A stretch of 62,971 nucleotides of DNA, filler included, from Octopus bimaculoides (GCF_001194135.2; 8 parts of 5 records of this genome joined end to end with filler, not necessarily neighbours in it); one strand, 5' to 3'. Shown: positions 38,717 through 50,094, counted from the whole stretch's first letter. Notes: generated by a model from the letters alone, not told the origin. Numbers and translations are program-made.

Positions 38717-38730
38717 GTTGTTGTTGTTGT
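37878..38730. repeat. (ATT)n/(GTT)n/(ATC)n array interrupted by retroelement 3' ends
   Basis: Trinucleotide runs at about 37878-37896, 37973-38075, 38573-38600 and 38633-38730. Confidence 0.95.
38076..38570 (-). mobile_element. Non-coding retroposon or LINE 3' region ending in an (AAC/AAT)n tail
   Basis: About 500 bp of unique sequence bounded by trinucleotide runs; an internally deleted second copy at 38601-38632 shares GAGAGAGCA and CTATGATGCTCCCCC. Confidence 0.65.
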
Positions 38731-39085
38731 TCAGTAGTTTTATTTTTATAACGTGTTTTCACTTCACTACCGAACGCAGCTCTGTACGCCTTGGGTATGT
38801 GCTGTGGTTTGCTGTGATGCTCGTATGGTTACTGTATTGAAAGTGTTTTGCGTAGAATGTGTGCAGTACCTAGTAGTGCAATTTTCTGTATGTTATATAT
38901 ATTTGTAAGTCCTGGTGTTTTTGTTATGTATTTGTTTGAATATTTTTTATTATACCTAAGGCACCTACTATGATAGGAATTGTTTCTGTTTTTAGATTCC
39001 ACATTCGAGTTATCTCTATTTCCAGGTATTTGTATTTTGAAAGTTTGTCCATTTCTTTTAGGGAAACTAATATTATTATCAGGCT
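38731..39085 (-). mobile_element. Dong/R4-type LINE 3' fragment (restriction-like endonuclease C-terminus + 3' UTR)
   Basis: VSLKEMDKLSKYKYLEIEITRMWNLKTETIPIIVGALGII [1-bp frameshift] KKYSNKYITKTPGLTNIYNIQKIALLGTAHILRKTLSIQ*; the 'K..KY..L' and 'P...GALG' RLE motifs; ends in (AAC)n(AAT)n. Confidence 0.9.
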
Positions 39086-39097
39086 GAAAGAATCTTA

Positions 39098-39250
39098 TTG
39101 CGCCGGACAACATGCTTAGTGATAGTTCATCCGCTTATATATTCTAAGTTCAAATGCCGCCGAGAGTGGCGGTTGGCACACTTTTTATCCTATCGGAGGT
39201 CGATAAAAAAAACAGTAGGGTCATGTTCTACGGTTAATGTCTTTGACTAC
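39098..39250 (+). mobile_element. SINE family B, degenerate
   Basis: GCGCCGGACAACATGCTTAGT...TTCTAAGTTCAAATGCCGCCGAG...GGTCGATAAAA. Confidence 0.7.
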
Positions 39251-40614
39251 AACCCTGTATATTTTTTGTTTGTTCCTTTGTTTTTTTTTTTAATTCTGGC
39301 TATTTGCGTTAATTATAATCAAATACAGTCGTTATCGATATCATGTGTTCTTTAGTCTGTATCCAGTTCCTGCTACAGCATAAGCTGTACTTCGCTTTCA
39401 GCCGGCATAGATTTCCGTTTTTATGTTTTCACTGTAATATTTCTTCATTTTTTTTATTATTTCTTTTGTGTGTTGTTGGCTTTACTTGCACTGTTCAGTT
39501 TTGTTTGTTATATTCGCTTAGTGCTCCTCGATCGATGAGTTTCGATATTTTCTCGCTGTAGACATGCATGCGCTAATGCAGTATAACCATGTCATTGTTA
39601 CATACCGGACACAGGACGTGTATGAAACACCTACAACATATGTGTAAGCAATTTTCGATATTGATGTTAAAATGTTTACATATGTAAAAAACTAATCACT
39701 TGGGTATATAGCTGGGTACATACATATATATATATATNNNNNNNNNNNNNNNNNNNNNNNNNNNNNNNNNNNNNNNNNNNNNNNNNNNNNNNNNNNNNNN
39801 NNNNNNNNNNNNNNNNNNNNNNNNNNNNNNNNNNNNNNNNNNNNNNNNNNNNNNNNNNNNNNNNNNNNNNNNNNNNNNNNNNNNNNNNNNNNNNNNNNNN
39901 NNNNNNNNNNNNNNNNNNNNNNNNNNNNNNNNNNNNNNNNNNNNNNNNNNNNNNNNNNNNNNNNNNNNNNNNNNNNNNNNNNNNNNNNNNNNNNNNNNNN
40001 NNNNNNNNNNNNNNNNNNNNNNNNNNNNNNNNNNNNNNNNNNNNNNNNNNNNNNNNNNNNNNNNNNNNNNNNNNNNNNNNNNNNNNNNNNNNNNNNNNNN
40101 NNNNNNNNNNNNNNNNNNNNNNNNNNNNNNNNNNNNNNNNNNNNNNNNNNNNNNNNNNNNNNNNNNNNNNNNNNNNNNNNNNNNNNNNNNNNNNNNNNNN
40201 NNNNNNNNNNNNNNNNNNNNNNNNNNNNNNNNNNNNNNNNNNNNNNNNNNNNNNNNNNNNNNNNNNNNNNNNNNNNNNNNNNNNNNNNNNNNNNNNNNNN
40301 NNNNNNNNNNNNNNNNNNNNNNNNNNNNNNNNNNNNNNNNNNNNNNNNNNNNNNNNNNNNNNNNNNNNNNNNNNNNNNNNNNNNNNNNNNNNNNNNNNNN
40401 NNNNNNNNNNNNNNNNNNNNNNNNNNNNNNNNNNNNNNNNNNNNNNNNNNNNNNNNNNNNNNNNNNNNNNNNNNNNNNNNNNNNNNNNNNNNNNNNNNNN
40501 NNNNNNNNNNNNNNNNNNNNNNNNNNNNNNNNNNNNNNNNNNNNNNNNNNNNNNNNNNNNNNNNNNNNNNNNNNNNNNNNNNNNNNNNNNNNNNNNNNNN
40601 NNNNNNNNNNNNNN

Positions 40615-40702
<88 letters not shown>

Positions 40703-40729
40703 CCTATCTATCTATATGAATATTTCTTT

Positions 40730-40815
40730 TAATTCCTTTATTTGTTTTAGTCATTTGACTGCAGCCATGCTGGGGTACCGCCTTTAGTCGAACAAATTGA
40801 CCCAGGACTTATTCT
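40730..40815 (-). mobile_element. SINE family A 3' tail fragment
   Basis: GTCATTTGACTGCAGCCATGCTGG...CGCCTTTAGTCGA...CCCAGGACTTATTC. Confidence 0.8.
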
Positions 40816-40819
40816 TCCT

Positions 40820-41990
40820 TTACTGTCTTCAGTGCAGACCTTTTCAGCTATAGTTGGATTTCATATGGCAATACTGAATATTGACAATGTAATATACACA
40901 CTCCTTTCCCCACAGAAATCTTCCTATTACAATGTATAGTCCTATTTTACATTAGCTGTGACTTTTCTGAACATCATCTTCCATGTTAAACACATCAGTC
41001 TCCCTGAAAACGGAAAAATACTTTAAATTTTTGAAGTTATTTTTTCTACTGTCTCCAGTACGTTTTGCAATCCTGTGGTAGACATTAAATAATAGAAAGC
41101 CTTTATATCCATTTAGAAAAGATAAAAGAATGTTACATGTCTTATCATCCGTACAGTGTTCAGTTCTGAGTAATGATCAAATGTAGCAATCATTTCTTTT
41201 ACCTAACATCTTATATTTCTAGGCTAAACTCTCTCTGTATTACTGTCTTAAGATTTGGCCTAATTTTATCGACTGTTTATCAATCAATATTACTGATTTT
41301 CAGTTCATCTTTGGGTACTTTTCTCCATGCAAATCTGCAGACAGTATCTTCCTGTCAATTTCCCTGCTGTACCTAAGCACTAGTCTATTTGTAGTTGCCC
41401 AATCGTTAGTTATCATCATCATAATAATTGAGCTCTACGACCTATAAGGCATGGCTTACTGTTAACCTATATCCCTTACATCATTATCCAATTTCGTTCA
41501 AAGATGTGCAATAAGAAACAGAAAATGGTGAGATGCGAAATATCTCTTCAAACCTTATTTTGGTTTTCTTGTATCCATTTTCAGTTCCGTCTTTTCTTAT
41601 TTATTCTCTGCAGCCATCGTTTATTTATTGATGACAAGTTTGATGTATTAGCTTGTTATTGGTGTTGTGTTGCTACTAGCTAAATTTGTTGGAGCCATCG
41701 CGAGACGAACACTGTCAAAAGTCTTCTGTTATAATCTGCATCATTCTCAGAATATTTCTATTTTCTTCCACAGTTTTCAGTTATGGAATTGAGAAGACCT
41801 TGTTTCTTACTTGTTTCTCAAGAGTTGTGACTGACATAAACTCTAGTCAATATTACACATCACTTATCTATGATACCAGTAACTCAACAGCCATACCAAT
41901 ATCAACTAAAGAAATTTCCACTACCGCTTTAGTTTTCTCCTAGAAATTTGATACCACTTCTGTTTTGCTTGTTTTAATTCTCCTTTCTGC
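40820..41990 (-). pseudogene. Highly decayed non-LTR RT remnant (R4/Dong-like)
   Basis: DY-QKTFDSV (~41715-41740) resembles DYQKAFDSV; GYRL..SH ~90 codons later where YMDD is expected; many stops and frameshifts. Confidence 0.45.
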
Positions 41991-41991
41991 T

Positions 41992-42375
41992 AAAGGCACA
42001 GGGCCTGAAATTTCGTGGGAGGGGACTGGCCGATTACATCCACCCCAGTGTTTCACTGGTACTTAACATTCATCGAACCCGAAAGGATGAACAACAAAGT
42101 CGACCACAGAACATAGCGACAGACGAAATACCGCTAAGGATTTCGCCCGGCGTTCTAACGATTCTTTTCTAATCTAAGCACAAGACCCGAAATCTTTAGG
42201 GAGGGGGTCAGTCGATTAGATCGGCCCCAGTACTCAACTGGTACTTAATTTATCGACACCGAAAGGAAGAAAGGCAAATTCGACCTCGGCGGTATTTGAA
42301 CGCAGAACGTAACGGCAGACGAAATACCGCTAAACATTTTGCCCAGCGTGCTAACGTTTCTGCTAGCTCACCACC
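41992..42375 (-). mobile_element. Two tandem SINE family B copies
   Basis: Two successive reverse-complement B units (about 41992-42165 and 42176-42375). Confidence 0.9.
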
Positions 42376-43068
42376 CTTTTGCTTGCATTAATGAGTTATT
42401 TTTGCCAGAAGGTTAATCTAAAAGTAAATTATATTTAGAAAGAAGATGGTTTCATTTAGACTTATTCTTCATCTTCACCTCTTTATTTCTCCTACTTCTT
42501 TAAAGGTACACTTTCAGACACACAAACAGATACACACACACGCGCGCAAACACACATACGCACATACATTCTGTGTGTGTGGGCGAGGCACATCAACCAT
42601 AGTTTTGTATGTTATATGAATAAGAATAATTTTGTTCCCGTTGGCATGTGTGTAAGAAGTTTCGTTTTCGTAACTGGCGAATTATATCGATGCAGACACG
42701 TATACACCTTACGCCCCTCCTAAGATGTGCTTTCGTACGTGTGTATTAGGGGAATTTTCTCACGGCTCAATATTCGCAGCGATACGTTTTGTCACGTCTG
42801 GATACACTCGAACTAATTAAATATGATTGCATGCGATCTACTCTATTTAATGCGGCTTCATGCGATATGTGTGTGTGTGTGTATGTGTGTGTGTGTGTGT
42901 GTGTATACTCCAGCAGAAATTTACTCTTCAGTATTTCAAGATATTTTAATGTAATTTTGGTATAATATATCTGTTAAAATGAGAGGTCAGTGTTATTTTC
43001 ATTTTTGCGTAATTGTAATGACAGTTTACTGACCGCACGCACGCACGCACATACACACACACACACAC

Positions 43069-43116
<48 letters not shown>

Positions 43117-44089
43117 ACACACAAGTATGTGTGTTTTGTTTCGTATGCATGTCTATACGTTTGTGTGGAGACACTGTAATCTGCTTTGAAAATTGTTGGT
43201 GGCTTGGTCTGTGTTCCAAAGCAAACTTGCAGATTCCTCGGTTCTTTACCAGAAAAATGGTACTTATTCATTAGAAGTGATCATACAGTAGACAATTCTG
43301 TTCATAAAGTAAATAAACCAGCATAAAAACAATATATTTGACCTGAGCAAACATCTGTTGACAACCTATGCATTCAGATTAATTCAACCGTAAGCGAGAC
43401 ACCATTTTGGTTGAACACATCAAGTTACAAACAACAATTACAGCTACAGCAACATTTACCAACTTACATGGCTTTCTAATAATTACATGCATACCGCTTC
43501 GGTCATCATTCCGTTAAAACTTCTGTATTGATTAGCTTTCCGCGCAGTCATGTAATAATAGAAGATTACCAAACTGTAAGCCGTTAATTAGCCAGTTGTT
43601 TCGCTCGACTCTTACTTTTGTTCGAAAGAATTCACTCCTACAGGAACCAAAAGAACCATATTCTACGTAAAGAACTTTCTTTCCAGCTGGATTGAAACAT
43701 TAGGCATGTTTACATTGAATCGTGGCATCTCATTTTCTGACAATTTTCCCTGTAAAAAGTATATTCATTTTCTCTCCATTTTCGCCATAATGGCGTTATT
43801 TACTCTAACCAGTGTTACAGTCAAAAGCGTTAGGGATAATATATTTTATACAACACATACATTACCCAAATGACTTTACACATGTCCATTCCTTTTAGTA
43901 TATCTTGTTATAATGGCTCACCTTCTGTATTGCCACTTATAAAGTTGTTTTATTTATTTATTGTTTTTGCTAAACCTTTCAAGGATGAATTTGTACGTCA
44001 AGAATTGATTTGATACATTGAAACAAAATTCATATGATACATTGAAACAAAAGGCATGAAGCTTGCGAAAATATTCCTTTCTGCTATAG

Positions 44090-44720
44090 TCATAAGGCCT
44101 GAAGTTTGTAGGGAAAGGAGTAAGTCGATTATGTTTACTCAAGTGATAAAGTGGTATTTATTTTATCGACCCCAAAATGATTAAAGGTAAATTAGATCTC
44201 GCTGAAATTTGAACTGAGGACGTCAAAACGGAAGAAATGCCACTAAGTATTGTGCCCGGAATGCTAACGTCTCAGCCAGCTTACCACCTTCATATTTTCG
44301 AAAATATTGTTAAAAAGTCCTTTCTACTATAGACACAGGGCCGAAAATTTGAGGAAGAGGTGACTGGTATTTAATTTATCGACTCTGAAAAGATGAAAGG
44401 TAAATTTGACCTCGGTGAAATTTGAACTCAAAACGTAAATACGGAAGAAATGCCACTAAGCATTTCTTCCAGCGTGCTAACGATTCAGCCAGCTCGCCGC
44501 CTTAACAATATGCCTTTCTATTATAGGCACAAGGCCTGAAATTTTGGAGGAGGGGACTAGTCGATTACATTGACTCAAATGTTTCACTAGTACTAAATTT
44601 ATCGACTCCGAAAGGATGAAATGTAAAATCGACCTCGGTGGAATTTGAACTAAGAACGTAAAGATGGCCGAAATGCCACTAGCATTTTGCCTGCCATGCT
44701 AACAACTCAGCCATTTCACC
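44090..44720 (-). mobile_element. Three tandem head-to-tail SINE family B copies
   Basis: Three repeats of CACAAGGCC...ATCGAC...AAATTTGAACT...GCTAAC...CAGCCA at about 44090, 44325 and 44515. Confidence 0.85.
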
Positions 44721-44739
44721 AGCTTCAAGTTTTCGAAAC

Positions 44740-44855
44740 TATTATTAAATAATGTTATCTATTAATAAATAATACTATTATTAAATAATGTCATACTATT
44801 ATTAAATAATGTCATACTATTATTAAATGTCATCTATTAAATAATGTCATCTATT
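44740..44855. repeat. AT-rich ~21-bp minisatellite (TTATTAAATAATGTCATACTA)
   Basis: About 5 imperfect units seen directly. Confidence 0.8.
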
Positions 44856-45659
44856 TATTGATGACAAGTTTGATGTATTAGCTTGTTATCGGTGCTGTGT
44901 TGCTACTAGCTAAATTTGTTGGAGCGATCGCGAGACAAACACTGTCACTGATATTTGCTCCGGTTGTCTTGTATGTTAGTATATGTTTTAAGCATATAAT
45001 ATCTTTTGTTATTTCTGCTGCATTTCGTTGACACTTAAGATGTCTCATCTACAACTCCTTTTCTCTGAGAATATTGTTCTTGTGGATATAAAATGATAAT
45101 TGCCAATTGACAGGAAGGGCACTTAGCAGGTCTTTAAGTACTGAATAGTGGATGTAATTAATGTTTGACTTTTTATATCGAAAGTAAATATTCATCCCGA
45201 ATTTGTAGCTTAATATGTATATCAGAAAAAAAATATCATTATTATCTAATATCATTGTCGATAATTACTAGTCGATCACTAGTGTCGATGTAAGCAACTT
45301 AAACGGCTCTTAAGATTATTTGTCTTCTTTGGAACTTCCAAGTTGTTTAATCATTCACAAATCAATCTAGATCCGCAGTAAGGTGGCGAGATGACAGAAA
45401 CGTTAGCATGCCAGGCGAAATACTTAGCGGTATTTCGTCTGTCTATATGTTCTGAATGATCAGACCTGTCATCAAAGTCCTTCTATATATAACCACTTCG
45501 TCTTGTCAAATATGGATTTGACTTTTTCAAAAGTTCCTATTTTGCTCCTGTCCAGCAAGTAAGTGGATACTCCTTTGTTAATTTATTTCATCTCCATGTT
45601 TTCACTTAGAATCCATTCGGTTTACTTAAAATAGTACTTCAATATCACGGTGTCATTTA

Positions 45660-45800
45660 CGCGGTAAAGCTATAAGGATAGCAGAGGAAGATGGGGTTTT
45701 TACCCTTATAAGACGGCTTATAAGGCGGCTACGGGACTAACAACTTTTTTCTTTCGTATTAGGATAAATCTTTCTCTGCTCTCCTTAAAGCTTTACTGCG
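45660..45800. mobile_element. 141-bp MITE with ~33-bp terminal inverted repeats
   Basis: CGCGGTAAAGCTATAAGGATAGCAGAGGAAGAT versus ATCTTTCTCTGCTCTCCTTAAAGCTTTACTGCG (4 mismatches). Confidence 0.75.
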
Positions 45801-45951
45801 ATAGAAATCTACTTTCTTTTCTGCAAAATACCAACTACATTCGACGCTTCCAATCCTCCCTTTTTAAATTCCCTCGATTTACATTTTCACTTGGTTTCTT
45901 ACCTTTCGCTTGCCTCCACTTTCGTTATATATATACATATACACACACACA

Positions 45952-46156
45952 CAGACTAATCTCTTGCCACATCGCGGTTCACCTATCACGCACTCAGTAC
46001 GTCGCGGATTTTTCTGGTTAATACATGTAAATTTATATCGCAGACTCCTCAGTATACCCGGGATTCTGCAGCCGATAAGAATTTATATTTTTGCAGATTT
46101 TAATTATTTCCGTGAGAAATTTTGGAACGTAAAACCCGCGATAGTCGAGGGATTAC

Positions 46157-46158
<2 letters not shown>
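45952..46158. mobile_element. Tigger/pogo-like MITE
   Basis: Right end CGCGATAGTCGAGGGATTACTG|TA; decayed left end CAGACTAATCTCTTGCCACATCGCGG; CAGTAA-type terminus with TA flank. Confidence 0.75.
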
Positions 46159-46206
<48 letters not shown>

Positions 46207-46411
46207 NNNNNNNNNNNNNNNNNNNNNNNNNNNNNNNNNNNNNNNNNNNNTTAATTAATTAANNNNNNNNNNNNNNNNNNNNNNNNNNNNNNNNNNNNNN
46301 NNNNNNTTGAACTCAGAACATAAAGTGCGGACAGAAATGCCGCTAAATATTCCATCCGGTGCACTGACGATTTTGCCATCTCACTGCCTAATTAATCATC
46401 CTATTGGCACA

Positions 46412-46586
46412 GGTTCTATATTTAAGAGATGAGGAATTATGTACATTATTTACATTTGGCGGATATTTGTCCTCATCTTGTTTGTTGTTAACAAAACGTT
46501 TCGGCTGATGTACCCTCCAGCCTTCATCGAAAAGTACCTTAGGAATGAGAACCCAGGTTCAAAATTTCCCCAAGACACCTGATGAA
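46412..46586. mobile_element. Penelope-like terminal repeat fragment with internal inversion and split hammerhead
   Basis: Minus part reads GATGA-A-GGCTG(GAGGGTACAT)CAGCC-GAAACGTT; plus part ends GACAC-CTGATGAA; flanked by family B SINE pieces (46307-46412, 46587-46677). Confidence 0.7.
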
Positions 46587-47339
46587 AGGATGAAAAGCTA
46601 GGTCGACCTCTGCGGAATTTGAACCCAAACGTAAAGTTGGGGACGAGAGTGTTATTGATTCTGCCACTACACCGCCTTATGAAACGATTAATATTTAGAA
46701 TAATAGATTTTTCCAAGTGAACGTGGAAGAAAACTTAGCAAAGCCACTTCACACAAGTGTGGCGATATCAGTGTAGAAGCCAAAAGGAATGGTAACAAAA
46801 TTAGATTACAGAAATCTGGCAAAGGAACACGACAAAGGAACATAAAGAGTAACAGGAAACACTCACATAAATGACACCGAAAAGCTCACCCCTCCCTATC
46901 AGTTCTCGACCAAATGCCACTAGAATTTCGGCACTTACAATGATATGCTACAATTTGGTGGTAACAGAAACTAAGCTACTGGGATAGAAATGAGTGATAG
47001 AAAGACATGAATGGTGAATACGAACTGAAAACAGAAAAATGAAATAAGTAAAATAACAAGACCAAATGAGGCCGGTAAACAGAGCCATGTTGGGAGGAGA
47101 ACAGGAAAATTCTATATAACGAAGAAACGAATAAGCAAGGATAGTAATAGAGAAAAGTACGTGAATATGGACTGTGTTGCGAAAATGGGACGGAAAAACT
47201 GTGATTGTTTAGCAAAGCGAGAAGCTTATATTATGTCAAAAGATCATAAAGAGAATTCTTATTCCGATAGAAGTTGAAAATTAATTAATTAATCAAGTGA
47301 TGAGTGGAATCGGATTAATTAGTGACCACATTTTAAATA

Positions 47340-48045
47340 ATATAATTGCCAATATCAGAAAAATCCCGAAAAACCATTAACGGAATAATAGCGATACAAT
47401 TGAGGTCTGTTGGTTCAAAGGTATCAGCAACAAAAGTAATTCAATATTGTTGAGTTTAATCAGTATATAAGAGGTACTTGAGGTTATTCGACGGTGTCTT
47501 AATATTTCTGGAGAAATATTCTACTATAGACGATAGTGGCGTCCGAATAACCATATATGACACAAGAACACAACTATTTGTAAAAAAATTCGCCTTGATC
47601 AAAATGTTCTGCAGAATAAGACATTTGTATGTATGCGTTTGATAACCCTTAAATGTATAAAATCACGATAGACTTACACAGGGACGACGGGCTAGCGCTT
47701 CGCACCACTCTAGTGACGAAAAAGGTTAGATTAATACAGAAACGGTTAAATCACATAGTTCTGTGTCTCGGCTTAAGAATTCCAATATCCACGTGGATGA
47801 ACGTTGTTAATCCTTTAGAGGAAATGATAAATTTATGGACAAATATATACAAAGCATATAATAAATCAAATGATATGTATGTGAACATAATTAGGAATAA
47901 ACAATAATTAGGAATAACCCATAACTAGGAATAAACCATAATCGATTTCAAAAATTTAATCAATAATATAAGCAAATACCTAACCCATCGTCACGTAAAG
48001 GAATCTTCGATAAAACTGCCCCTTATACAATAAAGTCCTAACTAA
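47340..48045 (+). pseudogene. Penelope-type reverse transcriptase remnant
   Basis: RNNSDTIEVCWFKGISNK, then IDLHRDDGLA (GLYRDDGL-like catalytic motif), NVVNPLEEMINL..IYKAYNKSND.YVN, and IFDKTA; the order matches Penelope RT; stops and frameshifts. Confidence 0.8.
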
Positions 48046-48056
48046 ATAATCCTAGT

Positions 48057-48299
48057 TACAAGGCCTAAAATTTGGTGGGAGAGAGCCAGTCGATTAGATC
48101 GACCCCAGTACGCAACTGGAACTTAATTTATCGACCCTGAAAGGGTAAAAGGTAAAGTCGACCTTGGTGGAATTTGAACTCAGAACATAAAGACAGACGA
48201 AATACCGCTAAGCATTTCGTCCGGCGTGCGAAATGTCGAGCGGTATTTCACCCGTCTTTATGTTCTGAGTTCGAATTCCGCCGAGGTCGACTTTACCTT
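48057..48299. mobile_element. Head-to-head pair of SINE family B copies (minus 48057-48230, plus 48230-48299)
   Basis: B consensus in both orientations meeting at about 48225. Confidence 0.9.
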
Positions 48300-49125
48300 G
48301 ATCCATTTTGATCACAAACCATTAATATGAACAATAACAAAAGGAGCAACTGCGTTACATGGTTTATTTCACTCTTCTCTCTAAATGCTTAAACCAATCT
48401 ACCAGACAATTTATTATCCTTCATTGATATATTCTTGCTATTGAACAGCATGTATTGGAGGTTGTTCAATCATTACTCAATCAAGGTCAGATACAATTAC
48501 GGATCCAGAATTAAGAAAATCTTATCTAAATGATTCATTAATTCTAATGAAGGCTAATAAATGGTACATATGCAAAAATAAAGGATTATACCCTCTCAAA
48601 TACATCAGTTATAAGTAAACACTAATTCATTCGGCTAATTCAATTAATAGTAGTAATAAACGATATCGTTACAAAAGAATATATAGGAATGATTGAGGGA
48701 AGTCTGAAAAGCCGTTAATATAACTACACTCCATTTCTCTGAAACAATAAAACACTTCACAAATTTATTCATTTCCGTTTCAAAAATCCAGTGATGTTGG
48801 AGGTTGGGGGTATTGAGTGTATTCTACTGAGCTTGGACCAGCCATCCGTGCCTAGCTAACTTGCATTTCAATGAAGCGTATCAGTAATTTTCCGTTTGAA
48901 CTAAACAAATTAATTAAAACAGCAAAAAGCGTTGAAAGAGAAGGAAAAGAAATCATAAAGAGAGGAAGGACTGGGAGAGAGTGACAGAGAGACGAGAGAG
49001 ATGAAGAGAGAGTAAGACAGAAAGGGAATTCAAAATGAGAGAAAAGCTGACAGAGAGAAAGGGTTATGAAGAGAGAGAATGAATGTATGAAAACAGAGTG
49101 AAAAAAAGTAAAAACAAGAGAGAGG

Positions 49126-49161
<36 letters not shown>

Positions 49162-49656
49162 AATGAAATAATAAAAGACATGGAAAGGAGAGACAGACGC
49201 ATATATACAGATATGTATACACACGCACACACCATATATATATGCGCGCACACACACACATATATGTATGTGTGTATGTTGAGAGAGAGAAGGGGGAAGA
49301 GGCAAACAGACTGATAAACGATTGACTGACAGATAGATAGGTAGATAGATAAGTAGGTAGAAAGATATATAGACAGACAGACAGACAGGCAGATAGATAA
49401 AGAGATACATAGATCGATAGATAGACAGACAGATATATGGAAAGATAAATTATTTGATAATTACTATGTGAATTTGCCTCACTTTTCCCTACTTTAAGTC
49501 GTGTATTTTACAAACAAGATGACTGTTGTTGTTACCATGGAGATGGTATTATGTACGTCCTAGAATTAACTTTTGTGTAACGCTGCTAAGTCACTCACCT
49601 CGACTTCATTTCTCAAAGACACCAACTGTGCCAAGCCATATCAAATTGCACGCGCG

Positions 49657-49687
<31 letters not shown>

Positions 49688-49747
49688 AGAGATAGATAAG
49701 TAGATAGATAGGTAGGTAGATAGGTAGGTAGATCGATACACAGACTG

Positions 49748-49830
<83 letters not shown>

Positions 49831-49904
49831 CAGACAGATAGACAGACAGATAGATATAGATAGATAGATAGATAGATAGATAGACAGACGGATTGATGGT
49901 CATG

Positions 49905-50075
49905 ATGCTTAGCGTCATTTTGTCTGTCTTTAGATTCTGAGCTCAAATTCCGCCGAGGTCAGCTCTACCTTTTATCCTTTGGGGGACGATAAAATAGGTA
50001 CTACTCTTGTACTGGGGATCGATACATTTGACTTAACCCCCACCCCCAAAAATTTCAGACCGTGTGCCTATTATT
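49905..50075 (+). mobile_element. SINE family B, 5'-truncated
   Basis: ATGCTTAGCGTCATTTTGTCTG...CAAATTCCGCCGAGGTC...AAAATTTCAGACCGTGTGCC. Confidence 0.8.
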
Positions 50076-50094
50076 ATCATTGTTGTTGTTGTTG

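Noticed and set aside
43616-43749. Minus-strand exon candidate with good TTTTTACAG acceptor and GTAAGA donor
   Set aside because: All three frames contain stops; could be a non-coding exon but nothing supports it
45095-45120. 13-mer AATTGACAGGAAG shared in inverted orientation with about 41350, suggesting a twin-primed LINE inversion
   Set aside because: Flanking sequences do not align; a short match alone is insufficient
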